Shown: positions 20,497-31,034, counted from the first letter of the whole stretch. The stretch: 62,713 bases of DNA, filler included, from 6 parts of 6 records of this genome joined end to end with filler, not necessarily neighbours in it, one strand, 5' to 3'. A program made the numbers and translations. The notes: generated by a model from the letters alone, not told the origin.

Positions 20497-21567
20497 ATGA
20501 AACACGATCTACCTGATGACAAAACCTTATATTCTGCGCTTGTCGCCCGTGATCCCAGTTGGGATGGGCGCGCCTATGTCTGCGTGACGACCACCGGGAT
20601 TTTCTGTCGGCTGAATTGTCCGGCGCGGGACCCCAAGCCCGAGAACTGCCAGTTCATGCCGACGATATCGGCCTGTTTGGATGCGGGTTTTCGGGCCTGC
20701 AAACGCTGCCATCCGATGCATTCCGCCGCCGAGGCAGATCCTGCGGTGAAGTCGCTGCTGACTGCGCTAGAGGCCGATCCAACGCGGCGCTGGCGCGAGG
20801 GGGATTTGGTGGCGCTGGGGCATGATCCATCGACAATTCGACGGGCGTTCAAACGCGCCTTTGGCACCACCTTTCTGGACATGGCACGGCAAGCCCGCTT
20901 GCAGGCCGGATTGACGACACTGGCCAATGGGGGCCGGGTGATTGATGCTCAGTTAGATGCTGGGTTTGCCTCGCCTGCCGCGTTTCGGGCGGCGGTGGCC
21001 AAGCACATCGGCCTGCCGCCGGGGGCGTTCAAATCGCAGACCTTATTGCGCGCAGACTGGTTTGACACCCCACTTGGCCCGATGATCGCGGTGAGCGATA
21101 CATCCCACCTGCACCTGCTGGAATTCACCGATCGCAAGGCGCTACCGACCGAGCTAAAGCGCGTCTACAAAGCCTGCAAGGGCGCGATGGGCTTTGGGCG
21201 CTTTGCACCCACCGATCAGATCGAGGCGCAGTTGCACCGCTATTTCGCGGGGCAGTCGGCCGAATTTGACGTGCCTCTCGCGCTGCATGGAACGCCGTTC
21301 ACCTGCGCGGTCTGGGATATGCTACAAACATTGCCAGCGGGGACGACGCACAGCTATTCGCAGATCGCCCGCGCCATGGGCCGCCCTGAATCCACGCGCG
21401 CTGTTGCGCGAGCCAATGGGGCCAACCAGATCGCCATTGTCATCCCATGCCACCGGGTCATGGGGGCGGATGGGTCTTTGACCGGATATGGCGGCGGGTT
21501 GTGGCGCAAACAGAAATTGATCGACCTAGAACGGCAATACGCCCCCAATGAAAGCGAACCGGCATGA
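20497..21567 (+). CDS. ada: Bifunctional Ada regulator / O6-methylguanine-DNA methyltransferase
   Basis: TTGIFCR..C, GFRACKRC zinc site, AraC-like HTH, IPCHRV active site. Confidence 0.93.
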   Translation: MKHDLPDDKTLYSALVARDPSWDGRAYVCVTTTGIFCRLNCPARDPKPENCQFMPTISACLDAGFRACKRCHPMHSAAEADPAVKSLLTALEADPTRRWREGDLVALGHDPSTIRRAFKRAFGTTFLDMARQARLQAGLTTLANGGRVIDAQLDAGFASPAAFRAAVAKHIGLPPGAFKSQTLLRADWFDTPLGPMIAVSDTSHLHLLEFTDRKALPTELKRVYKACKGAMGFGRFAPTDQIEAQLHRYFAGQSAEFDVPLALHGTPFTCAVWDMLQTLPAGTTHSYSQIARAMGRPESTRAVARANGANQIAIVIPCHRVMGADGSLTGYGGGLWRKQKLIDLERQYAPNESEPA

Positions 21568-22331
21568 GCCAGAACACCCAAGCGCAAGATTTTTCATCCC
21601 TTCATGTGCCCGGACGCCCGCTGGTGCTGTACAATGCTTGGGACGCCAGCAGCGCCAAAGCTGTGGCCAAAGCGGGCGCAACTGCCCTTGCAACAAGCAG
21701 CTGGTCCATGGCCCGGACCCAAGGCTATGACGATGGGGAAAACATTCCGCTGGAATTCGCCCTGTCCTTGCTCGGGCGCATAACGGCGTCCAACACCTTG
21801 CCCGTCACCCATGATTTCGAAGCCGGATACGCCAGCGATCTTGCGACCTTGGCGACAAACACCGAACGGGTCATTGCCGCCGGAGCGGTCGGGGTGAACT
21901 TTGAGGATGGGTTGCCCGGCGGCGCGGGCTTGCAATCGGTGTCCTCTCAAACCGCGCGGATCTCTGCTATGCGCCGCGCCGCCGAGGCGACTGGCGTGCC
22001 TTTGTTCATCAACGCCCGCACAGATGTGTTTTTTCAGGGCTCGAAACCAGGCGACCACCCTGCCCTCATGGATGACGCCAAAGCCCGACTGAGGGCTTAC
22101 GCAGAAGCTGGAGCAGATGGGATATTCTTGCCCGGCCTGATCACCCCCGATTTGATTGCTGAGATTTGCGTGGCCTCGCCTTTGCCGGTGAACATCATGC
22201 AGATCGGCAAAGCGCCAGATACACCAACGCTTGCCTCGCTTGGTGTGGCGCGGATCAGCTATGGGCCTGCGCCCTTTCTCAGCGCAAGCGCGGCCCTCAC
22301 AGAGGCGGCGAAGTCTGCGTTTGGAGGTTAG
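21564..22331 (+). CDS. Isocitrate lyase/PEP mutase family protein
   Basis: NAWDA.SA, ATSS, D.EAGY, GVNFED, FINARTD, AGADGIF. Confidence 0.9.
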   Translation: MSQNTQAQDFSSLHVPGRPLVLYNAWDASSAKAVAKAGATALATSSWSMARTQGYDDGENIPLEFALSLLGRITASNTLPVTHDFEAGYASDLATLATNTERVIAAGAVGVNFEDGLPGGAGLQSVSSQTARISAMRRAAEATGVPLFINARTDVFFQGSKPGDHPALMDDAKARLRAYAEAGADGIFLPGLITPDLIAEICVASPLPVNIMQIGKAPDTPTLASLGVARISYGPAPFLSASAALTEAAKSAFGG

Positions 22332-22943
22332 GTTTCGGGCTGACTGAGGGGAACCACGTTCGAGGTCCCCTCGGGTGCCAGCTCTTCGAAATCAAAGTTG
22401 TCCAGCCGTTGGGCGCGTGTCCCTGCTTTTTCTGCGCTGATTTTGATGTCGGCAATATCCTTGGCCGCCTGATTGAAGTGGCGATCCAGATTGCCGACAC
22501 GATCCCCAAGGCGGTCCACGTCTTTGTGCAACAAGCCCAGCTCTTTGCGGATCGCCCCGGCCTGTTCACGCATCCGGGCATCTTTCAGGATGGCGCGCAT
22601 GGTGTTCAGGGTTGCCATGCAGGTGGTCGGGGACACGATCCAGACCTTTGCGGCGAACCCTTCGCGGACAACATCGGTAAAGTTGGCGTGCAGTTCGGCA
22701 TAAACAGCCTCGGACGGGAGGAACAGCAACGCGCCTTCGGCGGTTTCTCCGTCGATAATGTACTTCTCAGAAATCGCGCGGATGTGCACCCGGACCGCTG
22801 TCTTTAGCAGCCGCGCGGCCTCGGTCATTTCGGCCTGGGTTTTGGCGCGGCGCAGGGCCTCGTAGGGTTCGAGCGGGAATTTGCTGTCGATCACGATGGG
22901 GCCGGGTGGGTTCGGCAGGTGGATCAGGCAATCGGCCCGCTTG
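22328..22943 (-). CDS. rmuC: DNA recombination protein RmuC (5' truncated)
   Basis: IDSKFPL, I.EKYI, LFLPSEAVYAE, VSPTT.MA.L. Confidence 0.93.
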
Positions 22944-23043
22944 NNNNNNNNNNNNNNNNNNNNNNNNNNNNNNNNNNNNNNNNNNNNTTAATTAATTAAN
23001 NNNNNNNNNNNNNNNNNNNNNNNNNNNNNNNNNNNNNNNNNNN
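22944..23043. other. Artificial contig linker
   Basis: N44-TTAATTAATTAA-N44. Confidence 0.99.
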
Positions 23044-23088
23044 CCGCCCGTCAGGATTCGAACCTGAGACCTTTGCCTCCGGAGGGCA
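23044..23088 (-). mobile_element. 3' half of tRNA-Arg(CCG); probable att-site duplication at a genomic island boundary
   Basis: Reverse complement TGCCCTCCGGAGGCAAAGGTCTCAGGTTCGAATCCTGACGGGCGG has the anticodon arm (CCG), T-arm and 3' acceptor strand, but the adjacent sequence has no D-arm or 5' acceptor strand. Confidence 0.72.
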
Positions 23089-23631
23089 CAGATTTTGGCC
23101 GGGGCTGAACGGCATAATAGGGGCTGATTCGAGACTGTTCAAGCAGATACAGTAAGAAGACCTGCTTGCATGGAGCCCTTGTTCTGAGCGGTTTTCACCG
23201 ATTAACGCCATTTTTGGGCACAGATGTGTCTGGAATGGATTGACCAAATTCGGACACTTCGACCTTTGTTCCGCGCATCAGTTTTTCGATGAAACGCCAT
23301 TGTCGCACGCTTTTGAGCGACTTCAAATTGTCGGGTTTGAGCTGTCCCATTGAGGACATTAATATTCACCTATCAACGAGCTGACTTCATAGATTTTGCT
23401 TTTTAGGCGGTTGGGTAGGAGTGGAAAATGGCACGGTGTGCCTCCTTTTTGGGACTGTCCGCAGTTAAAAGGTGCAAGCCCGCTGATACGAGAGTCAGAG
23501 GAATTAGCTCTGTAAGCGTCCGACCATCACACCTTGTCAGGTAAAGTCTGAAGTCGGCCGAAATCAGCCAGCACCCGTGAGGGGCTGGCTTCAAAAAAAC
23601 CGTCAACGTGTTCTGGTATGGGTCACGATCC

Positions 23632-23775
23632 TTAGCCGCAGCGTTTGATAATTATGGCTTCGTTCTCGATCGACAACTCGACTTCGTCGCCGATCTTTAG
23701 CTCTGCCTGGTCCAGTATTTCAGGCGGGATCACAATTACTAGATCATCACCATCGGCTTCAACTGTTGTCTGCAT
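23632..23775 (-). CDS. AbrB/MazE/SpoVT-family small DNA-binding protein (47 aa; not in ORF track)
   Basis: GAGGAGGT RBS; translation MQTTVEADGDDLVIVIPPEILDQAELKIGDEVELSIENEAIIIKRCG fits the swapped-hairpin pattern. Confidence 0.78.
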   Translation of the reverse strand: MQTTVEADGDDLVIVIPPEILDQAELKIGDEVELSIENEAIIIKRCG

Positions 23776-23891
23776 ACCTCCTCCTCGAAACGACTTTTTT
23801 CGGTCTTAATATTTGCTTTGTCAGGTATTTCCGGATCCGGGATGCGCTAGAATGAAAAAATACTAGGCTAGGGTTCACAACAAGGAATGGA

Positions 23892-24419
23892 ATGAGCAAG
23901 CTTCGCGCAGTCAGGCCTGAGATCAGATATATTCTGTATTTTGCTGTTTTCTGGGCTGCATTGATTGGCGTTGTGGCACATTTTTTCGATAGGTTGGAGT
24001 CCCAGCGGTCCAACTCAAATCAAAAACTGGTAAGTCACACCCGTGGCGGAGCTACCGAAATTCAACTGAAAGCCAATCGCCAAGGTCATTATCTGGTGAA
24101 CGGCACCATAAATAATCACAACGTCACCTTCATTCTGGACACCGGCGCCACAACCGTATCCGTCTCAGAAGCCGTAGCCCAAAAAGCAGGCCTTAATAGA
24201 GGGCGGCCAGGTATTGCACAGACGGCGGCTGGCACAGTTAAGGTATGGAGTACGATCATACCGGAGCTCCGCATGGGGAATATGAGGTTCAATCATGTGC
24301 CTGGCACTATCAGTCCCGCCATGGACCCCGAAATGGTATTACTGGGGATGAGCGTCCTTAGACAGCTAAACTTCTCTCAGCAATCGGGCGTTCTTACCCT
24401 AAGCTTGGAATCACGTTGA
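23892..24419 (+). CDS. Retropepsin-like (clan AA) aspartyl protease, membrane anchored
   Basis: N-terminal TM helix, GHY...G.IN, FILDTGATTV, LLGMS.L. Confidence 0.9.
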   Translation: MSKLRAVRPEIRYILYFAVFWAALIGVVAHFFDRLESQRSNSNQKLVSHTRGGATEIQLKANRQGHYLVNGTINNHNVTFILDTGATTVSVSEAVAQKAGLNRGRPGIAQTAAGTVKVWSTIIPELRMGNMRFNHVPGTISPAMDPEMVLLGMSVLRQLNFSQQSGVLTLSLESR

Positions 24420-24547
24420 ATCGGAAAATGATTGCTTTGATGGCTTGCACCCAATGTGCGGTGGGAGGAAAAAGGCTGGAGGCCCAGCTGAGAAATTGAT
24501 GCCCCTTTCAGCCGTTGGCATACGACTGAAAGGCTTCAGTCTAGGGT

Positions 24548-25330
24548 TTATAGTCCTGAGCAAGCATGACCATTGTCAACGACTATTTCGGAGCCGGTCA
24601 TTGCTCTACTCGCATCTGATGCGAGCAAAATTAGGGCTCCGTCTAAATCTTCGAGATTGCAAAATCGCCGCATGGGAATGCGTTTTTTCAGTCGCTCACC
24701 CGCATCACTTTCTAGGAAACCTGAATTTATTTCTGTCATTACATAGCCGGGAGCAAGCGCGTTGATCCGAATGTCATGACGTGCCAATTCTAAGGCCATT
24801 GAGCGGGTGAGGTGCGATAGCCCAGCTTTAGCTGCGCAATATGGCCCAACGCCACCAGCTGTTCTGTTCGCCAGAATTGAGGTGACGTTAATGATGCTTC
24901 CTCCTCTTTTGGCGTCGATCAGCCTCCGTGCGACCTCTTGCGCTGTTATCCAGGCACCTTTTAGGTTGGTCTGGACGATGGCATCCCAATCCGAATCGGT
25001 GTACTCGAGTACTGCTTTGGTATCGCTAACACCGGCATTATTTACCAGGATATCAATGCCGCCTAAGCGTTCGTATATTGCGTCAACACAGGAGATGACT
25101 GATTTGCGATCAGCTACGTCTAGATGGAAAGCCTCGGCCACGCCGCCACTCGAGTGGATGTCAGTAACCAGCGTCTTAAGTCTATCGATTCTTCGGGCTC
25201 CAACCGCAACACTGGCACCGGCCTGCGCGAGTGTCCGAGCGAAATGTTGCCCCAAACCGCTTGAGGCTCCGGTCACCAGTACTCGTTTACCTGAAAGACT
25301 AAAACGTTGTTGTGGATTGATCATGTTCAC
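24548..25330 (-). CDS. Short-chain dehydrogenase/reductase (LvaD-like)
   Basis: TGASSGLG, NNAG, YCAAK, NALAPG; last gene of the lva-like operon. Confidence 0.9.
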   Translation of the reverse strand: MNMINPQQRFSLSGKRVLVTGASSGLGQHFARTLAQAGASVAVGARRIDRLKTLVTDIHSSGGVAEAFHLDVADRKSVISCVDAIYERLGGIDILVNNAGVSDTKAVLEYTDSDWDAIVQTNLKGAWITAQEVARRLIDAKRGGSIINVTSILANRTAGGVGPYCAAKAGLSHLTRSMALELARHDIRINALAPGYVMTEINSGFLESDAGERLKKRIPMRRFCNLEDLDGALILLASDASRAMTGSEIVVDNGHACSGL

Positions 25331-26502
25331 ACCTGTTGTTGGTCTGCTCGCGCAATAATTTTCTTGGCCAGGCTCATACGGTGAACCTCATTGGGACCAT
25401 CGTAGATACGGAAGCCCCGGGCGTCTTTAAAGATACGCTCTACAATGCTTTCCCCGGAAACTCCCTGACCACCAAGAATCTGCACGCTGCGATCAATGAC
25501 ACGCCAGATGCCCTCTGAGCTGATCACTTTTGCCATACTGGATTCCACGTTTCCCCGGCCACCGTTATCTAGAACCCAGGCGCAGTGAAGGATAGCCAGT
25601 CGGGTGGTGAGAATGTCCATTTCACTGTCAGCAAGCATGAAACCAACGCCTTGATGGTCGCCCAGTCGTTTACCGAACGACTCCCTGGTTCGCGCATACC
25701 GACAAGCTTCATCATGGGCCCGTTGGGCGGCCCCCAGCCAACGCATACAGTGCGTTAGTCGTGCAGGCGCGAGGCGAACCTGGGCATAACGGAAGCCTTT
25801 GCCAAACTCACCGAGAATATTTTCTTCAGGTACTCGGAGGTTATCCAAACGCACTACCCCATGCCCCCCTGTAAAACATGAATCCATCGCATCCATCATC
25901 CGCTCCACGGTGAACCCGGGTTTGTCGGTATCCGTCAGGAACATGGTTGCGTTGCCATCTTCGGTGCGTGCCATGATGATTGCAAAGCTTGCGCCGGTTG
26001 CTCCAGTGATAAGCCATTTATGGCCGTTGATTATGTAATCACTCCCGTCTTTCACAGCGGTGGTGTTAAGCATAGATGGATCTGAGCCGGTGCCTGGTGC
26101 GGGCTCAGTCATTGCGAAACAGGATCGAATGTGACCTTGTGCTAGGGGGCGCAGCCAACGCTCCTTTTGGGCCTCGGATGCAACGACATCCATTAGGTGA
26201 ATATTGCCTTCATCGGGGGCGTGGATATTCATTGCGGTGGGCCCGAGCGGAGAGTAGCCGGCTTCCTCAAAAATAACGGCCTTGGCAACGTGGGATAGGG
26301 ACTTTCCGCCCATCGCCAACGACGCATGGGGTGTCAGCAGATCTCTAGCACGGGCTAAGCCAACCAGCTCTTCTCGCAATGCTTCCGAAGGGCCATGAGT
26401 TGTCTGTCGTGGATCGTCTTCCATGGGAATGATTTCTTCCCGGATGAATCGGCGAACCTGTGATTGTAGAGTTGTGAGTTCTTGACTGAGTTCAAAGTTC
26501 AT
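25327..26502 (-). CDS. Acyl-CoA dehydrogenase family protein (LvaC/ACAD10-11-like)
   Basis: APDEGN, RSCFAMTEP, GSD, NGHKWLITGA, AQVRL.PARL.HCMR, RIYDGPNEVH. Confidence 0.92.
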   Translation of the reverse strand: MNFELSQELTTLQSQVRRFIREEIIPMEDDPRQTTHGPSEALREELVGLARARDLLTPHASLAMGGKSLSHVAKAVIFEEAGYSPLGPTAMNIHAPDEGNIHLMDVVASEAQKERWLRPLAQGHIRSCFAMTEPAPGTGSDPSMLNTTAVKDGSDYIINGHKWLITGATGASFAIIMARTEDGNATMFLTDTDKPGFTVERMMDAMDSCFTGGHGVVRLDNLRVPEENILGEFGKGFRYAQVRLAPARLTHCMRWLGAAQRAHDEACRYARTRESFGKRLGDHQGVGFMLADSEMDILTTRLAILHCAWVLDNGGRGNVESSMAKVISSEGIWRVIDRSVQILGGQGVSGESIVERIFKDARGFRIYDGPNEVHRMSLAKKIIARADQQQV

Positions 26503-26540
26503 AGGATTTTCCGATTTCGGGTTGATATGTACAAACCAGA

Positions 26541-27278
26541 CTAATTCGCGGCTCTTGGTGGCATTGCTCTCATGGCTCGTGCAATGCGCTCCATAACAGT
26601 GTCACGGTCGCCAGCTTTCGATGGGTTGTAAGCGGTGAAATTCAGCAATCTTAAATAAGCGGCCAATACGGTACCGTCATCTCGGCAATCAATATCGACG
26701 ATATTTAGGCAGGCAGGATCCTGTTCCAAGCAAGGGAGTAGAGTGTGGTCTCCCTTGAGCAGCCAGGACATCAGTATGCGGTTGACAGCATCATGACTAA
26801 CTATAACAGCGTCCTGCCAGTCGGATTCGGCGAGGAATTGGTGAAACCACGCTAAGACGCGATCGGAAAATGCGTTCCAGCTTTCACCTCTAAGAAATCC
26901 GGTGCTTGGTGATAGGGCCCACCGATAGGCCTTTGACACTTCTTGGTCGTAAAGGTCATCAGGAATGTCTCGAAGCCGTCCGGCCCTCACTTCTCGCAGG
27001 GCATCCGTTAATTCAGGTTCTCCTCTGCGCGGCGGTTGGGAGAGCAGCTGCGACAACGTTTGGACCGCACGTGGATAATCGGAGCTAACTGCCCGATCGA
27101 CGAGTAGATCTGACAGAACTTCTTTGAGAGCACCGACTTGGACCTCTCCTTCCTCAGACAAACTCACGGTTCGCGGATCTAAGGGGCGGCCACCATGGTC
27201 AAAATAACTCACGTCGCCGTGACGAATAAGGTAGAGGCGTCGCCGCTCAGGATTTCGGGGCATATATAACACTGCCAT
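26541..27278 (-). CDS. Histidine phosphatase family protein
   Basis: LYLIRHG, SSD.PRAVQT, LRE, GES, VSHDAVNR. Confidence 0.9.
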   Translation of the reverse strand: MAVLYMPRNPERRRLYLIRHGDVSYFDHGGRPLDPRTVSLSEEGEVQVGALKEVLSDLLVDRAVSSDYPRAVQTLSQLLSQPPRRGEPELTDALREVRAGRLRDIPDDLYDQEVSKAYRWALSPSTGFLRGESWNAFSDRVLAWFHQFLAESDWQDAVIVSHDAVNRILMSWLLKGDHTLLPCLEQDPACLNIVDIDCRDDGTVLAAYLRLLNFTAYNPSKAGDRDTVMERIARAMRAMPPRAAN

Positions 27279-27658
27279 TAACGTTCGCTCCGTACACTGA
27301 TGGCTTTTGGATTACTGATGGACAAGGCGTTGAGAGTGATTTCCAGAAGAGCCTTCTCCAAGTTTTCGCGCAGCACGCTGGACTTATCAAAAAGTCCATT
27401 GCGAATTTCGCGTGCCACCGAAGCCCGCAGAGCTGGCAGGGTATGACCTGAATCCTGATGCTTCTTGAGGGCAAGTAACAGAGTTCGCTCCTGATCATCC
27501 ACTCGCCCCCCATCATGGGCTTCTCGGGCAGCGATACCCATTGCACTGGCTATCATCCTTACTTCGTAGTGGTATTCTTTTGGGAGGGCAGGAAAGATCC
27601 CATCCATCAATAATTGACGTGCCGTCATCAGCAGTTCGTTGGCGTCAGGGTGGTTCAT
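27278..27658 (-). CDS. Small helical protein (LvaB/DUF6285-like)
   Basis: P...ELL..AR..L, Y..RM.A.A..IA.RE, L.ISNPK; translationally coupled behind the APH kinase. Confidence 0.8.
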   Translation of the reverse strand: MNHPDANELLMTARQLLMDGIFPALPKEYHYEVRMIASAMGIAAREAHDGGRVDDQERTLLLALKKHQDSGHTLPALRASVAREIRNGLFDKSSVLRENLEKALLEITLNALSISNPKAISVRSER

Positions 27659-28710
27659 TTAGCTACTCCCGTTAATGCAAGAATTTCGTATTCCAGTTCT
27701 GGTACCATCCGACCGGTGAGAGCGAGTTCCAATGATGGCTGTTTGCCAGAAAGGTGGCGTTCCGCCTGCTGGACTGCAATGATCGCCCAACGCACATGAG
27801 CCATTAGTTGCCAATAGCGGAGTTCATCCAGTGGGATGCTTCGCGTTCCTACTTCCGAGTAGCCTTCCATAAAATTGGTTAGCGTGCCGATACCACCTGC
27901 GCTTCTGTCTAGCCGGCCAAAACGCCAACAGTTGGCTGTAAACCAGCCGATATCTTCACGCCAGTCACCCCAGCCGGTGAACTCCCAGTCAAGAACGCCA
28001 GACACTCGCCCGTCGTTGACCATAAAATTCCCAGTCCGAAAGTCTCGATGCACGAGGCAGGATTCGACAGGTTCGGGCTTTTGGTTTTGGAGCCAACGGA
28101 GTCCCCATTCAATAACGGGATAGTCACCATCTAGTGCATCCAGAAATTCAAGATACTGGTCTATTGAACGCTGGGCCGGATCAGCAGCGGGATCTGGAAG
28201 AAAGTTTAGAGCCTGCAAGGGGGGAGTAATGGCGTGGATTCGAGCGAGATTGCGCCCCAAATCACGACACAGCAGAGCCCGATCAGGCACGAGCGTGTCG
28301 TCGCGCACTAATCGATGTCCAGCGGCGGTTCCGGGAATGGCTTGCATGATGAAGAAATCCCGTCCAATGATGCGGTGCTCTCTACAAAGCCAGAGGGGCT
28401 GTGGCACTTGCACTCCAGCCGAATATACGACTTCAAGAACGGCAAACTCTTCTGCGCGTGTCATGCTGACATTGACGTTGGCAGGTGCGTCAGTTCTTAG
28501 AACCCAGCGTCTGGTTCCGTCCCAGTCACCGCCGCTGATGGAAGCTTCTATTAGCCAGTTTTCCTGTATGGCGCCACCAGAAAGCTTTTCTATTCGTTTA
28601 ATGTGAAGAGCATCGGCGGAGGTGCAGGTCGCCAAATACTGCTCAAGGTAAAGCCTTCGATTGGCAACCGTGTCTTCTGGTGAATGGGTTGATTTAGCAA
28701 ATGCTGACAT
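27655..28710 (-). CDS. APH-family phosphotransferase (LvaA-like 4-hydroxyacyl-CoA kinase)
   Basis: LSGGAIQENW, VLRTD, VHRDFRTGN, LDWEF, EDIGW. Confidence 0.88.
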   Translation of the reverse strand: MSAFAKSTHSPEDTVANRRLYLEQYLATCTSADALHIKRIEKLSGGAIQENWLIEASISGGDWDGTRRWVLRTDAPANVNVSMTRAEEFAVLEVVYSAGVQVPQPLWLCREHRIIGRDFFIMQAIPGTAAGHRLVRDDTLVPDRALLCRDLGRNLARIHAITPPLQALNFLPDPAADPAQRSIDQYLEFLDALDGDYPVIEWGLRWLQNQKPEPVESCLVHRDFRTGNFMVNDGRVSGVLDWEFTGWGDWREDIGWFTANCWRFGRLDRSAGGIGTLTNFMEGYSEVGTRSIPLDELRYWQLMAHVRWAIIAVQQAERHLSGKQPSLELALTGRMVPELEYEILALTGVAK

Positions 28711-28748
28711 CTTTAACACATCCGAAATACGTGGGTTTACGGTTTCAA

Positions 28749-28765
28749 AGCAAGATTGTTGCCAA
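28749..28765 (-). promoter_or_regulatory. Sigma54 (-24/-12) promoter of the lva-like operon
   Basis: Minus strand TTGGCAACAATCTTGCT with exact GG-N10-GC spacing, about 40 nt upstream of the start. Confidence 0.8.
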
Positions 28766-28861
28766 AGTGTTTTGGTGCTTCGTTGGTGTTTTCGTTTCCT
28801 ATAAAAAACAGCACGTTAAGAATTTTTTGGTGAGAATTTTTAAGAATTTACTTGCCTTAGA

Positions 28862-28897
28862 TTTCATTGCTGAAACAATTGGTTTCAGCAATGAAAC
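28862..28897. promoter_or_regulatory. Tandem activator (PrpR/LvaR-type) binding sites forming a 15-bp inverted repeat
   Basis: TTTCATTGCTGAAAC-AATTG-GTTTCAGCAATGAAA; each arm is itself TTTCA-N4-TGAAA. Confidence 0.7.
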
Positions 28898-28923
28898 AAA
28901 AAAACCGACCTTGGTGGACTCCT

Positions 28924-30897
28924 ATGACTCAACGCTCAGGCTCTTTCAGGCCTCGAATTATTGCTCTGATCAGTCATCTCAAATTTAACGGAAAACCGAG
29001 TCGGCTAGCTCGAACTCTGGAAGAGATAATGCCTCGGTATCAGGACCAGGCTGACATCGACATTGTGGAGTCGGCGGTGGCTAACCTGCTACCAACGGTC
29101 CGAGAGCTTGAGACAGAGCGCGACATTGACGTCATTGTTTGCTCCGGCGCATCGGCAGATTTTCTGCGCAAAAAAATTAACACCACGGTGTTATCGATAA
29201 GGATGGGGGAATTCGATCTCATTAAGGCGCTAAATTTAGCCAAGGGGCGTGGCACAAAGGCTGGAATTCTTAGTTATCAGCGCCCTCACGCCGAACTACG
29301 TGAACTAACTTCACTTCTTACCGTAGAGATTTCGGAAGCGGTCTATACCTCGTTTGAGGATGCCCGTCAGAAAGTCCAAAAGCTGGTGGATGATGGTTTT
29401 CGCGTCATCATAGGATCTCCCACTGCGGTAGAGTTGGCTGAGGATGCTGGTGCTGAGGGGGTGTCTGCGATCAATGCTGATGCGGTTCGTCGAACGCTGG
29501 ACGATGCTGTTGCGATATGCCGAAGTCGTGAGCGCGAACGGCAGAAAAACCTGCGCATTAGTGCTGTGCTCAGGCATCTCAATGAGGGGGTTATGGCATT
29601 GGATGCCCAGGGCGTAGTTCAATCCGTAAACAGTCGAATGGAACAGTTAGTGGGCGTGGCAGAGCGTGAGGCTATTGGGCTCAGCGCACGAGAGCTCCTA
29701 CCTAATCTGGCGATTGACGCGGTCTTGAAAAAAGGTGAAAGCGAGGAAAATCAAGTCGTTCAGGTCAATGAGCGTAAACTTGCAATGAACATAATCCCGA
29801 TTTTTGACGTCAATCGGTTGGATGGGTTAATTATTGCGTGTCAGGAAATTAACGCGATTCAGCGTGCAGACCGGCGAATTCGATCACAAACTCGCCCCAA
29901 TCATTTTATTGCTCGCTATGAGTTCGATGATCTATTGGGCGAGTCCGAACCTTTCCAGCAGGTTATCCATCTCGCTAGACTATACTCCCGAACTGATTCA
30001 ACGGTGCTGATCACCGGTGAAAGCGGGACTGGAAAAGAGTTGCTTGCTCAGAGTATCCATAACGCAAGTGACCGCCGTCAGGCGCCGTTTGTCGCTATCA
30101 ACTGTGCAGCGTTCCCGGAGACTTTGCTTGAGAGTGAGTTGTTCGGTCACGAGGAAGGCGCGTTCACTGGAAGCCGAAAAGGCGGCAAAGGTGGTTTGTT
30201 TGAAGCCGCGCATACAGGGACGGTTTTCCTGGATGAGATTGGTGATATGCCAGTTTCACTGCAGACCCGGTTGTTGCGGGTTTTGCAAGAACGGGAGGTT
30301 CTTCGCCTCGGTGCATCGGAGCCGACACCTGTCAATATACGCGTGATTGCGGCTACTCATCAGGACCTGTCGGCCCAGGTTTCCAGCGGTGACTTTCGGG
30401 AGGATCTCTATTTTCGTCTGAACATCCTTCGGCTCGAGGCGCCCAGCCTCCGTGACCGAATTACTGATTTGCCACTGCTTACGCGCTTCATGGTTTCGCG
30501 GCTCGCGAAAGGTGATTTGCATAAGCAGGCGATGGCGACTCAGCTGGTCGATCGTCTAATGCCCAAGCTTCTTTGCCATCCTTGGCACGGTAATATTCGA
30601 GAGCTCGAAAACATTGTCGAACGAGCAGTATTATCCGCTGAATTTGTAGACGATGCGAATGTCGATATCCCCTCCGTGGAGCGGCTCTTTCCGGAGCTCA
30701 AGTTGTCGCCTCTGGCCTCCAAGGATGGTGATAGTTGTGGTTCTGACTTTGCCAGCTTGCATGACATAAGCAAGGCTACTGAACTCACGCACATTCAGCA
30801 GACACTGGATGCCTTTAACGGGGACGTGACGAAGACGGCAAAACATCTCGGTATTAGTCGATCTACCCTATGGCGGCGACTTCGTAAAAAAACATAA
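28924..30897 (+). CDS. Sigma54-dependent activator, PrpR/LvaR type (PrpR_N, PAS, AAA+, Fis-HTH)
   Basis: [52 protein letters not shown]; start at MTQRS is uncertain. Confidence 0.92.
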   Translation: MTQRSGSFRPRIIALISHLKFNGKPSRLARTLEEIMPRYQDQADIDIVESAVANLLPTVRELETERDIDVIVCSGASADFLRKKINTTVLSIRMGEFDLIKALNLAKGRGTKAGILSYQRPHAELRELTSLLTVEISEAVYTSFEDARQKVQKLVDDGFRVIIGSPTAVELAEDAGAEGVSAINADAVRRTLDDAVAICRSRERERQKNLRISAVLRHLNEGVMALDAQGVVQSVNSRMEQLVGVAEREAIGLSARELLPNLAIDAVLKKGESEENQVVQVNERKLAMNIIPIFDVNRLDGLIIACQEINAIQRADRRIRSQTRPNHFIARYEFDDLLGESEPFQQVIHLARLYSRTDSTVLITGESGTGKELLAQSIHNASDRRQAPFVAINCAAFPETLLESELFGHEEGAFTGSRKGGKGGLFEAAHTGTVFLDEIGDMPVSLQTRLLRVLQEREVLRLGASEPTPVNIRVIAATHQDLSAQVSSGDFREDLYFRLNILRLEAPSLRDRITDLPLLTRFMVSRLAKGDLHKQAMATQLVDRLMPKLLCHPWHGNIRELENIVERAVLSAEFVDDANVDIPSVERLFPELKLSPLASKDGDSCGSDFASLHDISKATELTHIQQTLDAFNGDVTKTAKHLGISRSTLWRRLRKKT

Positions 30898-31034
30898 TCG
30901 TTCCGATGGTGAAACAAAGCTGAAACATGCGATTTCGCTTTCGTCTCAATAATGAAACATCTCTAAGCCTTTAATAATTTAACGGTTTGTTTATAACTTA
31001 CTGTTTTTATTGTTAATAATTTTCCTTCTCGAAT

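Noticed and set aside
23044-23120. Complete tRNA-Arg gene
   Set aside because: D-arm and 5' acceptor strand are absent; reported as an att-like fragment instead
23230-23262. TGGAATGGATTGACCAAATTCGGACAC, loosely like an IS3-family terminal repeat
   Set aside because: No partner inverted repeat or transposase remnant visible; similarity too weak without an ISfinder search
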